Shown: piece after piece, positions 1-8,482 of the stretch
How positions within the stretch are numbered: the first letter of the stretch is position 1
Layout: each line of letters starts with the position of its first letter
Assembly (NCBI GenBank): GCA_963818475.1
Contig: CAWFSF010000005.1
Coordinates: 64,001 to 128,000 of the forward strand
Direction of reading: 5' to 3'
DNA: 64,000 nucleotides
Source: Nitrospirota bacterium
GTDB lineage: Bacteria > Nitrospirota > UBA9217
Position numbers and translations under genes: made by a program
Notes under the pieces: generated by a model
Databases searched by the model: none
Told to the model about the DNA's origin: nothing
Seen by the model: the letters and a program-made list of their open reading frames with translations, nothing else

Positions 1-175
1 GCGCTAAGGCACGGCGGATCGTCTCCTCCATGTCCTTCTCGTCATCGCCCACAACGGTCTTGAAGGCGGTTTCGATGCCGCACAGCATCAGCTCTTCGGC
101 CAGGAACAGGGAGTTCGTGTCGAGCACCCCTCCGGAGAGCAGTTCAGTGCCTGTAGCTATGATCTCAGCGCGCAT
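1..175 (-). CDS. cinA: Competence/damage-inducible protein A, N-terminal part (runs off window)
   Basis: Manual translation from ATG 175: MRAEIIATGTELLSGGVLDTNSLFLAEELMLCGIETAFKTVVGDD, the typical CinA/MoCF-biosynthesis N-terminus; pgpA lies upstream. Confidence 0.9.
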   Translation of the reverse strand, partial: MRAEIIATGTELLSGGVLDTNSLFLAEELMLCGIETAFKTVVGDDEKDMEETIRRALA

Positions 176-284
176 ATCATCGCCAATCTTGCTTCATAAT
201 TCATAGTAGGCGCCTTAAAGGCGCTTTGTCGACAAGGTGTTATTGTATCATTGCAATGCGTTAACAGTCAATGAAAATTGATTT

Positions 285-846
285 TCACAAAAGCTCATAG
301 ACCCAGATTTTCCCGTCCGCCCTCGCCTCTTCAACCCTTTTCACGAGCCTTTTCTTATGGAGGTTCAAAAGCCGGGTGCCGCTCGTGTTCGCCTCAAGCT
401 TCCTGGCGTCCGAGAGGTCTTTGGAGGTGGCCTTCTTTTTTTTCACGATAAAGTCCAGCGTGTCCTTGAGATAATTGTTGAGATTACCCAAAACCACTCT
501 GCTGTTGTCCCGCATTTCAGCCATGAGTCGCCAGGTCCTTGCGCTCGAGCGCGACTTCGATATTTTCCTTCTGGTTTTCATTCAGTCCGGTGAGGAGAAG
601 ATACTTGTCCCCGTACTCGCCTGAGAGCAGCCGCGAAACAAGCTTCGTCACGATCTCATCGGCGCAGGAATAGTCGATCACCCCTATCTCCGAGAAATCG
701 AGGGCGACCACGGAGCCGTCCGCTTCATTTTCGATGCCCCGTTCGATCCGCTGCCGGACCGCCTGGCCCGAAGGCCGGGTCACGAGGTCCTTTGAACCGT
801 TGCCGAGTTCTTCTTTTAGCAATTTGTAGAGGTCGTACCTGATCAT
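285..846 (-). CDS. STAS-like domain + winged-HTH protein (frameshift near 530)
   Basis: ORF 517..885 (VALDFSEIGVIDYSCADEIV, STAS-like) continues in ORF 285..581 (ATSKDLSDARKLEANTSGTRLLNLHKKRLV, wHTH-like); GAGGA precedes ATG 846. Confidence 0.7.
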
Positions 847-864
847 TCCAAATCCCGTTCCTCG
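834..864. repeat. 31-bp direct repeat, copy 1
   Basis: cgtacctgatcattccaaatcccgttcctcg; 29/31 identical to 1146-1176; contains RBS and start of the STAS-wHTH gene. Confidence 0.9.
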
Positions 865-900
865 CCACTCAATTGATTTCATCATTTCAAATGTTGGCGC

Positions 901-1083
901 CTACTTCTTGATATAAGCATTGAGCCCGATGATCACCGGCTTCCCGTCTATGACGACATCGGTTTCCTTGTTCCCCCTCGTGCTGGCTACGACCAGGGTT
1001 TTACCCGATGCGCTCGGGGTCGGCGTTTCCAGGTCAGCGGTGATGATCAGTTTGGTGCCTTCGATTTTTGCGGTGATGGCCAT
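901..1083 (-). CDS. Small hypothetical protein (60 aa)
   Basis: MAITAKIEGTKLIIT...SASGKTLVVASTRGN...IGLNAYIKK, with AAGGAGG RBS. Confidence 0.75.
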   Translation of the reverse strand: MAITAKIEGTKLIITADLETPTPSASGKTLVVASTRGNKETDVVIDGKPVIIGLNAYIKK

Positions 1084-1145
1084 GATATACACCCTCCTTG
1101 ATAAATAAAACGTTGGGCTTTGCGAAGAATGTTCAGCCCGGGCTA

Positions 1146-1176
1146 CGTACTTAATCATTCCAAATCCCGTTCCTCG
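1146..1176. repeat. 31-bp direct repeat, copy 2
   Basis: cgtacttaatcattccaaatcccgttcctcg. Confidence 0.9.
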
Positions 1177-1483
1177 ATCTTCTTTCCCCGCCCTGACGGA
1201 GAAGGTCAGTAATGAACTCAGCTCGATTTTCACCGGTATTTTTGAAACCTCGTCCCGCGCACCACGCAAGCAGTTCATCCAGATCAATATCCACTTTGAG
1301 CGGAATCGACCCGAGTGCCTGCAAATTTTTAACGCTCTTTACGAGGTTCAACTTCCATTCATCATAGGTGTCTTCAAGCTCCTCCCGGTCACCTGCTGTG
1401 TCGAGCAGCTGCGGCCATTGGTCCTTGTGGTAGAAACCTATGCCGAAAACTGGCTGTTGTTTTTCTGGTGAAGGTTTTGACAT
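1151..1483 (-). CDS. Hypothetical protein
   Basis: ORF 1151..1531; likely start MSKPS after GAGGAG RBS; protein-like sequence (GIGFYHKDQWPQL...TYDEW). Confidence 0.7.
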   Translation of the reverse strand: MSKPSPEKQQPVFGIGFYHKDQWPQLLDTAGDREELEDTYDEWKLNLVKSVKNLQALGSIPLKVDIDLDELLAWCAGRGFKNTGENRAEFITDLLRQGGERRSRNGIWND

Positions 1484-1608
1484 GGCAAACTCCTCATTGA
1501 TCAAGTCAACGCTAGGATCCCCGCGCTTCATAGCGTGGGGATTGATCCGTTAGTTGGATTATGCTTAGTTCAGACTACACATCACAGTACAGTACGACGT
1601 CTATTTCT

Positions 1609-2202
1609 TTAAGGTATGTTCTTAATAGGAGCGGCAGTATTGTCTGAATTGTTATCTTTTGCTATAGGAACTTGCGCTGTACTCTTGGTTAGATTTGTCG
1701 AATCTTCGTTTTTTGTAATTAGGTCATGGTATAACTTTGTTTGTCCAACAAAAACACCAGCAAGAAAAACAGTTATTAAGACAGAAATAATCCAGAACCA
1801 AAAACTATAAGGGACATTGTGCCAAAGCCATTTCATCGTAATTTTGTCTGGATATTCGATTTGTTTATTCCCTAATATAACATCTTCTTTTAGCTTGCAT
1901 AGCTCAGGGTTTCTTTTTAGGCGCGTAATAATAGGTGCTAACGTAGCAATTATAGCCTCTACGCTATTGTAAGACTGAGTGCGATAAATGTTGGTATGTC
2001 CTTTGAGAAAAATTTGTTTAATAGAACTAGAATATTGATTTTGTCCGAGTGTATCGTCAAGTAAGTCTATAATTTCTACAACAAGAGTGCGTATTCGAGG
2101 GGTATCTTCCTTATTAATAAAAGAACCATTAAAACGACCCAAAATGGCAGTAATTTCAGAGTGATACCGTTCAAGTTCTTGAATAAATTTATCAGGTGTC
2201 AA
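1609..2202 (-). CDS. Low-GC hypothetical protein with C-terminal TM helix
   Basis: 197-aa ORF, AAGGAG RBS, AT-rich relative to flanks, hydrophobic stretch FWFWIISVLITVFLAGVFVG. Confidence 0.7.
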   Translation of the reverse strand: MTPDKFIQELERYHSEITAILGRFNGSFINKEDTPRIRTLVVEIIDLLDDTLGQNQYSSSIKQIFLKGHTNIYRTQSYNSVEAIIATLAPIITRLKRNPELCKLKEDVILGNKQIEYPDKITMKWLWHNVPYSFWFWIISVLITVFLAGVFVGQTKLYHDLITKNEDSTNLTKSTAQVPIAKDNNSDNTAAPIKNIP

Positions 2203-2232
2203 CGGCGCTCCTTTTCTAGAAACAACATTGAA

Positions 2233-2529
2233 TTAGCGAATACAGGTGCCGTATATCTGTCCACTTTCTTTAACACACCTCGAACCTGGACCGCAGTCTG
2301 TATTGAATGAGCAAGTATCGCCATAGGTTTTGTTAGTGTCAAGGGGTGCGTATACGGGTTTATCGTCATTTTTGTTGCCGGGAGACATGCCGCCCATGCA
2401 GACACCATAAATTGAACCACTGGATTTGATACATTTACTTCCAACTTCACAATCCGTGTTAAACTGACAGGCCATGGCAATTCCAGGGACAAATGCCGCA
2501 ATTACTATTAAAACTGTGAGGAGCTTCAT
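2233..2529 (-). CDS. Secreted Cys-rich protein with two internal repeats
   Basis: Signal peptide MKLLTVLIVIAAFVPGIAMA; two CxFNTDCxxGSxCxKxSGxIYGxC repeats; AAGGAGG RBS. Confidence 0.8.
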   Translation of the reverse strand: MKLLTVLIVIAAFVPGIAMACQFNTDCEVGSKCIKSSGSIYGVCMGGMSPGNKNDDKPVYAPLDTNKTYGDTCSFNTDCGPGSRCVKESGQIYGTCIR

Positions 2530-2595
2530 TTGTGACCTCCTTAGGAAGTGGCTCCAGGTTATACCGATGCACCAAGACGGAGCCTTTGTCTTGAT

Positions 2596-2661
2596 GTACA
2601 ACACACGCCTGACGCACCGACTTTGGCGCGTCGCTGTCGAGGCGCTTGGCGCTTGTTGGGT
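2596..2661 (-). other. attC-like integron recombination site (with 7-bp internal duplication)
   Basis: Minus strand ACCCAAC-AAGCG(CCAAGCG)-CCTCGAC...GTCAGG-CGTGT-GTTGTAC, 2 nt after the upstream stop; one extrahelical base; 59 bp once the gcgcttg duplication is removed. Confidence 0.7.
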
Positions 2662-2663
2662 AT

Positions 2664-3128
2664 TTATTTTTTCTTTCCGATCAACTTACAATTACGTTTC
2701 TGAAATTCGTTCTTTGCAATTAATTCTTGCGTCTCATCAGAATTGAAGTTATTTCCAGTTTTATAGACATTCTCCAATGCTGATTCCAAAGCGTGCTCAA
2801 ATATCCGACCAATCATAAAATCTTCTGAGGGTCCCTGTAAGAGTAGCAGAACTCCTACAGGGACTTCTGTCTTTATATCCTCTCTTTTTATCTTTTCGGA
2901 CTTCAATGCGGAAATAAACATCAATCCTCGATCATATCCAAACTTGAATAATCTTTCTTGCTCTTTAAAGTCTTTACTCTTTTCTGCTAATGCGGAACAT
3001 TCAAAGGCACTCCATGTTTCACGCGCCATGACCGCGTATTCCTTGGAACTTTCTGCCATACCGGATTCCGCGAAAAGAAACCCTATTAAAATGACAAATA
3101 TGAGTTGTTTGAAGCTTTTTTTTTGCAT
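2664..3128 (-). CDS. Exported hypothetical protein (cassette-like)
   Basis: 154-aa ORF with signal peptide, AGGAGG RBS, low GC, bounded by two attC-like sites. Confidence 0.75.
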   Translation of the reverse strand: MQKKSFKQLIFVILIGFLFAESGMAESSKEYAVMARETWSAFECSALAEKSKDFKEQERLFKFGYDRGLMFISALKSEKIKREDIKTEVPVGVLLLLQGPSEDFMIGRIFEHALESALENVYKTGNNFNSDETQELIAKNEFQKRNCKLIGKKK

Positions 3129-3145
3129 TGCTCCTCCTGTTTGAG

Positions 3146-3206
3146 TGCCAGCACCTAAAATCAGCGGGGCGGGTTGCCGCAGCCGCTGGGATTGAACTTG
3201 TTGAGT
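3146..3206 (-). other. Degenerate attC-like site
   Basis: Minus strand ACTCAAC-AAGTTC-AATCCCAGCGG...CCGCTGATT-TTAGGT-GCTGGCA; imperfect hairpin, R' core changed from GTT to GCT. Confidence 0.55.
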
Positions 3207-3208
3207 CG

Positions 3209-3240
3209 GTAGGTCGGGTAGAGCGCAGCGAAACCCGACA
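3209..3240 (+). repeat. GTAG-type REP flanking RAYT (left)
   Basis: GTAGGTCGGGTAGAGCGCAGCGAAACCCGACA; internal GTCGGGT/ACCCGAC stem. Confidence 0.9.
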
Positions 3241-3247
3241 TCATCCT

Positions 3248-3790
3248 TTATTCATTGCCGACACGATGTTTGAATGTAATCTCATTATGCGCACCCCAAT
3301 CGTCATGATAAATTCCCTGTTTCACATAGCGATTAAAGGTCGAATGCGGCCATAATTTTGGGGCCTTCGTCAAACCATGCTTTACCGGATTGTAATGAAT
3401 GTATTCAACATGTCTGATAAAATCGTCATCATCCCTTATCTGATGTTCCCAGTAACGCCTTTGCCAGATTGCTTGTTCACCTTTATCGAGATGGGCTGCC
3501 ATTTGCCGCCCCTTGAACTCCTCCCGGCATTGTCTGCTGAAATGACTCTTGATCTGACGCCAGCGCATGGAAAAGTTGCTGTCATTTTCCGGCAAGGTCC
3601 AGATACAATGCAGATGGTCGGGCAGCAATACAAAAGCTTCTACGGTAAATGGATGTCGCTCCATGATGGATTGGAAAGCCTCTTTCAGCAGTGAAACATT
3701 TGATTCATGACAGAGGATGGCACGTCGTTCGTACGTCACAATCGTAAAAAAGAACGTTGCCCCTTTCGCCGTCGATCTTCTGTATTGCAT
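3248..3790 (-). mobile_element. REP-associated tyrosine transposase (RAYT, Y1 HUH family)
   Basis: MQYRR...FFFTIVT, HUH motif PDHLHCIW, WQRRYWEHQIR, YIHYNPVKHG; flanked by inverted REPs. Confidence 0.92.
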
Positions 3791-3823
3791 CCTTCCTCTG
3801 ATGCTGGTCAATCGTTAGCATTG

Positions 3824-3855
3824 TGTCGGGTTTCGCTACGCTCTACCCGACCTAC
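3824..3855 (-). repeat. GTAG-type REP flanking RAYT (right, inverted)
   Basis: Reverse complement GTAGGTCGGGTAGAGCGTAGCGAAACCCGACA, 31/32 identical to 3209-3240. Confidence 0.9.
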
Positions 3856-3871
3856 GAAACTGCGTACTTAA

Positions 3872-4348
3872 TCAACGCTTGCGTCCTATGGGATTCTCTC
3901 GGGAAGTCTGCTGCCCGAGCTGTTGGGCGAGCCCGATGAGAATTCCTTCGGGACCCCGGATGTAGCAGAGCCGATATATGTTTTCATACTGGACCACTTC
4001 GCCGACGAGCTTCGCGCCGCGTTTGCCGAGCCGGACGAGCGTATCGTCGATGTCCTCCACGGTGAACATGACGCGTAGGTAACCGAGAGCGTTCACTGGG
4101 GCGCTGCGGTGATCGGCGACCACGGGCGGCGCGAGGAAGCGGGACAGCTCGAGCCGGCTGTGACCGTCCGGCGTACGCATCATGGCAATCTCGACGCGCA
4201 TGTCGCGCAATCCGGTGACGCCATCTGCCCAGTCTCCTTCAACTGTGGCACGCCCCTCGAGATCGAGACCAAGTTCGGTGAAGAACTCAATGGCGGCATC
4301 GATGTCTTCAACCACGATGCCGACGTTGTCCATACGCATGACTGTCAT
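3872..4348 (-). CDS. VOC/glyoxalase family protein
   Basis: MRMDNVGIVVEDIDAAIEFF...RLCYIRGPEGILIGLAQ; start preceded by GTTAGAAGCCAAGGAG (core-site-like GTT plus RBS). Confidence 0.9.
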   Translation of the reverse strand: MTVMRMDNVGIVVEDIDAAIEFFTELGLDLEGRATVEGDWADGVTGLRDMRVEIAMMRTPDGHSRLELSRFLAPPVVADHRSAPVNALGYLRVMFTVEDIDDTLVRLGKRGAKLVGEVVQYENIYRLCYIRGPEGILIGLAQQLGQQTSRENPIGRKR

Positions 4349-4412
4349 GATGTCTCCTTGGCTTCTAACAAGTTGTTTACTAGAAGCATAAAGCATCCAA
4401 TCCACAACACGC

Positions 4413-4459
4413 TATGGTTCAATTGATTCAATTGAACCATATTTAAGAACTTTTGTCAA
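4413..4459 (-). promoter_or_regulatory. sigma70-like promoter overlapped by a perfect 29-bp palindrome
   Basis: Minus strand TTGACA (4459-4454), 17 nt, TG-extended TTCAAT; palindrome TATGGTTCAATTGA-T-TCAATTGAACCATA at 4413-4441. Confidence 0.6.
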
Positions 4460-4495
4460 GAGGAAATTTTAGAGATGAAGAGAGAGGTGAGAAGA

Positions 4496-5338
4496 TTACA
4501 TTTCCGGCAGCAGAATATTGATCTGGCTTCCGGGGAAAGAGATGAGATTTCGTTCCTGTGCCGCGCCCCTGGCCCAGGGCGGGATGATGGAGAGCCGGGC
4601 AGTACCCGAGCGGATGGAAAGTTTGCCCTGCCATTGCTCGACAAAACGCCTGACCGCGGCGAGTCCATGGCCCCTGCCCTCGTCTTCATAGCGCGACGCG
4701 CCGTGCAGGAGCGCATGGTCGATGGCGTCAAGGTCTCCCTTCAGCTTGAACCGGTGCGAAAGAGATTTGCGAAATCCTACTCCCACGTCCATGACCGCGA
4801 TCTTGACGACATTCTTATTCATGCTCTGGTAGCGGTACTTCTGTATCCCTACATAGCCCGTGGTCTCGCTGTGTTCGATGATGTTCTGACAGACCTCGGA
4901 CAATGCCACGATAAAACCGTTGATGGTCCGGTCGTCGTATCGAAGATGCGTTGCGAGTATGGCCTGAGCGCGGTCTCTTACCTTTCCGACGATGGTGTGG
5001 ATGTCGTTGGACTTCTCGATCGCGGTGATTTCGAGCAGGACATCGGAATCGGGGTTTCGGTCATATTTTTCGGGAAGGTCGGGTGAAGAATAGTCGAGGG
5101 TGAAATAACGTTTCGCAAACGTAAAGAAGTCCATCCGGTCGAGGTAGGCGATCACCTCGGGAGATTGCGGGAGAATAACGCTCTTCCTCACATCCTCAAG
5201 CAGGCAAAGCTCGCCGATTTCGAGGAGCGCCAGCATGCCATAGGGATCGATAAAGGAAACTGTGCTGAGGTCTATCTGTTCCGAGCGAATAAAGGACTTG
5301 AGGGTTTGTTCGAAGGTATCTTCGGTTATCTGGTTCAT
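4496..5338 (-). CDS. STAS-like + HATPase_c (anti-sigma-factor-kinase-like) ATP-binding protein
   Basis: IDLSTVSFIDP (STAS-like); ALSEVCQNIIEH (N box), DVGVGF (G1), GRGHGL (G2). Confidence 0.8.
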   Translation of the reverse strand: MNQITEDTFEQTLKSFIRSEQIDLSTVSFIDPYGMLALLEIGELCLLEDVRKSVILPQSPEVIAYLDRMDFFTFAKRYFTLDYSSPDLPEKYDRNPDSDVLLEITAIEKSNDIHTIVGKVRDRAQAILATHLRYDDRTINGFIVALSEVCQNIIEHSETTGYVGIQKYRYQSMNKNVVKIAVMDVGVGFRKSLSHRFKLKGDLDAIDHALLHGASRYEDEGRGHGLAAVRRFVEQWQGKLSIRSGTARLSIIPPWARGAAQERNLISFPGSQINILLPEM

Positions 5339-5799
5339 CGGGAGAAATAAAACACCGCAGCCTGAAGCACGAGATTCGTATAGATCCCGGCGCCGATGTC
5401 GTCGAGCATCACGCCGAGTCCGCCGGGGATCTTTTCGAGCCGTCTCAGGGGAAAGGGCTTAATGATATCGAAGAACCGGAACAGAAAAAAACCAGCTGCC
5501 GCATACCACAACCCCGCAGGGACCAGAAACATGGCCACCAGGTATCCTGCGATCTCATCGATCACGATAGAGGGGCTGTCCTTGCGCCCAAGCAGGACTT
5601 CGGCGCGGTCAGCGGCCCAGGTCCCGAGAAGGAACACTGCAAGCATCAGCAGCGCGTACCAACTCGGCGAAAAGCCCTTCATGCACCAATAGAGGAGAAC
5701 TCCGACAACTGTCCCGGCTGTACCCGGAGCAAAGGGCGACAGGCCGGAATAGGCGCCCTGGGAAATAAAGAGGATGATCGTTCGGAAAAAAATATTCAT
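5335..5799 (-). CDS. pgpA: Phosphatidylglycerophosphatase A
   Basis: SPFAPGTAGT, DSPSIVIDEIAG, FRFFDIIKP, GVMLDDI motifs. Confidence 0.95.
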   Translation of the reverse strand: MNIFFRTIILFISQGAYSGLSPFAPGTAGTVVGVLLYWCMKGFSPSWYALLMLAVFLLGTWAADRAEVLLGRKDSPSIVIDEIAGYLVAMFLVPAGLWYAAAGFFLFRFFDIIKPFPLRRLEKIPGGLGVMLDDIGAGIYTNLVLQAAVFYFSR

Positions 5800-5929
5800 T
5801 CACCCTAACCCGGACACGTTCACGTCAAGTGCTGGTCTTACAGACCCGGATAACGGGTTGCACGGAAGTCACAGATGACAGAGAGAATAAAGATAATGCT
5901 GTCAACGTTCGTTCACCCGTGGAGAAGAT

Positions 5930-6375
5930 CTATTCGGGTTTGGGCGGATCAATAATATCCTCGTCGCCATAGGATTCAACGACTCCGTTGATGATGCGTA
6001 TGTAAAATTTATTTGATCTGAATTTACGCGTCTTGTTCATGTACACAAGATATTTGACATCTTTTTTTGCCGATACGCTCAAAGGCGGCCCCTCAAGCGA
6101 TAGTCACCGCCTCCTCGGGCATCCCGATGATGAGCGAAGCACTATTGAAGTCTGCGGTCGCGCATGGCGATTTTTATCACGCGGTCGTTCTGCAGGATAA
6201 CATGCCGCACGCCGTACCGCCAGCATTCGATGCCGCCGGCCCCCACCCATTTATCGCCAGGCCTGCCCTCCGCCGAAAGCAGGTCCTGTTGGGTCATGCC
6301 GACCGTTGCCACGGCGCACCCGGTGAGGAGCAGCACATATCCGATCATGATCATGCGGAGCAACAGATATCTCAT
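5930..6375 (-). CDS. Small lipoprotein with two SmpA/BamE-like repeats (frameshifted)
   Basis: Lipobox LLTGC; first unit VGMTQQDL...WRY; a second unit (IGMPEEAV...KYLVY...YIRIINGVVESYG) reads in shifted frames to a stop near 5930. Confidence 0.5.
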
Positions 6376-6433
6376 ACATCAGTCCTTGTCTGCCGAATTT
6401 GGACAATCAGTGCGCCTGCAAGCGGAAGGCAGA

Positions 6434-7046
6434 TCAAAAGACGTCTCCGGGCGACCGGAACAGAATGCCGATATTCACATAGATCAGCCGTTCCTTGATG
6501 TCGAGATCATAGAACGAGGTTGTGGAATCTCCTTCATAATTCATGAACAGATACCCTGCCTTGACCGCGAAAGTGACCGTACCGGGTAAATTGAAATTCA
6601 TGCCCAGCACGGGCCCCACGCCACCGCCGAAAAAATCATAGTCATTGAGCGAATCGCTTCCCTTCGGCCAGGCAAGGCGGATCTCCGGTCCCATCCACAA
6701 ACGAAAGCCATCTGTCCGCACTATGCCGAACCCGAAGGAATTGCTGATCATCAGGCCGCCAAGCTTCAGATCACTGACCTGCAAATTTATTGGTAAACTC
6801 ATCGTATCCCAGATTCAGCTGATAGTTGAAAAAGCTGTCCCGCGCCACAGCAGTGTCAAATACAAACCCCGCACCCTGATGCGCGGTCTTATCTTTAAAA
6901 CTGGTGCTGGAGTAGTCATCCGACCACGTCGCAGACCCGTCGCCGCCGACGGAGCCGTAAATACCGAATCCTGCGGCATGGGCATCAGATGTTCCCAGGA
7001 CCAGCGCGGTTGCAAAACAAATACACAATACGAGAATGTTCTTCAT
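6434..7046 (-). CDS. Outer-membrane beta-barrel protein (frameshift near 6790)
   Basis: Signal peptide MKNILVLCICF...AHA; alternating beta-strand pattern across ORFs 6771..7205 and 6434..6802. Confidence 0.7.
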
Positions 7047-7654
7047 CAAAAGCCTCCTTGAATATATTATGAAAGACTGCTGCTTCCAGTTTTCAGTCTT
7101 TAGTATTATGCATTTTATATGAGTCTGTGAATGGCAGCAAGAGAAAATCTGCAGAAGAAAAGGGGTATTTTCAGGGCATATGCGGAAAGTTGCATAATGA
7201 TGCAACGCAGAGCGTGCTTAAACAATGCTAGGCAAACTGTGGGGAAACATGAGGGGGCAAAGCTGAGGAGGCAGATAATCGCGTGAAGTCAACTGCAGCA
7301 CGCCTCAAGGGTGAATGAACATACTCTTTTAAGCGATTTTTTTCGCGGAGCAATCCTCACGACGTTCAAGCGTATAAGGACACACTCGCACCTGCTTAAG
7401 CGGTTTGCGCGACGTTCTTTTTCTTGTGTATGACAGGGCCGGACCAACAGACCGCCCCTCTCTCACGTGACTCATATTGACCGCTGTCATTATCTCTTTC
7501 CTCCCTCCTGCTCGTCGATACTTTCTATGATAGCATATTTTTTACCACTCACAATATGTTGAAATACCGAGCAATTGCCAGCAAGTTTACCATCCTGGTG
7601 ACCAATGAATTCACTCAGTCACGGCAACTAACACGGGTCTGATCCCTGGATGTT

Positions 7655-8482
7655 TCATAATTTTCTGTCGAGCAAACCGGCAAGACGCTCCAGATGTTCT
7701 TTTTCAGCTGCTGCGAGCAGAGAGAAGAGCTCTTTGGCATTTGTATCAGAGCCTCTCCGGCCCATCTTGATATAGAGGTCATAGGAATTTGTTTCGAGGC
7801 CGATCGCAAGATCCAGCACATCAGTGAGCTTTTTATCCCTGGCCCAGTCCAGGGCACCGGAAATGCTCATGCCCCCTTCCATAACATCCTCGGAAGTTCC
7901 AAGGCTGGCCAGTGGAAAGCCGGATGATGTAGTGGTCAGCTTGCGGAGCAGGTCCGCAAGCATTGATTGGTGAAGCTCTTCCGCAACAACAAGGTTCTCA
8001 AAGAGCTCGACTGCATCCCGATCGATCAGCAAGGTCTGTATCTCTGTGTAAAACCTCCGGCTCCCCTCCTCCAATGACCAGGCCAGGGCAATGAGCTCTT
8101 CCGTCGGCGCGTCATCCGGAAAGCGGGCCATCCCTGCATCAGGCTCGCCAGTCGCGACGAGGCCGTCCCACGCCCGCATCCCACCTTCCATACTGTACAC
8201 TTCCTTGAATCCGGCAGTGGCGAGCATCGACGCAGCGGCACGGCTGCGAACACCTGAGCCTCAATAAGCAAGGGTCGGTTTGTTCGGATCGAGCTGATCC
8301 GCAAGAGACAGGAGATCGGCGGCAGGCATGAGCCGGGCGCCGGGCAGATGGGCTCGTTCATATTCCCCGGGCTGCCGCACGTCGATCAGATTATATTCTG
8401 AGGCGTCCTTACGGCTGAGAAGCTCCCTGACCTGCGCTGCGCTCATCGTCGGCACCGGCTTAAAATAATCGCGTATGCTCAC
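7655..8482 (-). CDS. Rhodanese + rubrerythrin/ferritin-like fusion, probable selenoprotein (UGA at 8263-8261)
   Basis: ORFs 8261..8482 and 7655..8227 are in frame; read-through gives PTLAY-U-GSGVRSRAAASML (rhodanese CxxGxRS loop); C-terminal ExxH ferritin motifs (EELH, EKEH). Confidence 0.85.
8222..8254 (-). promoter_or_regulatory. Putative bacterial SECIS element
   Basis: Stem CGCAGC/GCTGCG starting 12 nt after the UGA, loop CGTGCC containing GU; wobble-rich lower stem GGTGTT/GATGCT. Confidence 0.7.

Noticed and set aside
1535-2232. Further attC sites at 1535-1608 and 2203-2232
   Set aside because: Only isolated GTT/AAC triplets with no paired hairpin.
7230-7310. GGCAAAC...GAAA...GCAAAGC resembling a c-di-GMP-I riboswitch
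   Set aside because: P2 pairing is weak, no convincing P1 or P3, and no downstream gene on the plus strand; would need an Rfam RF01051 hit.
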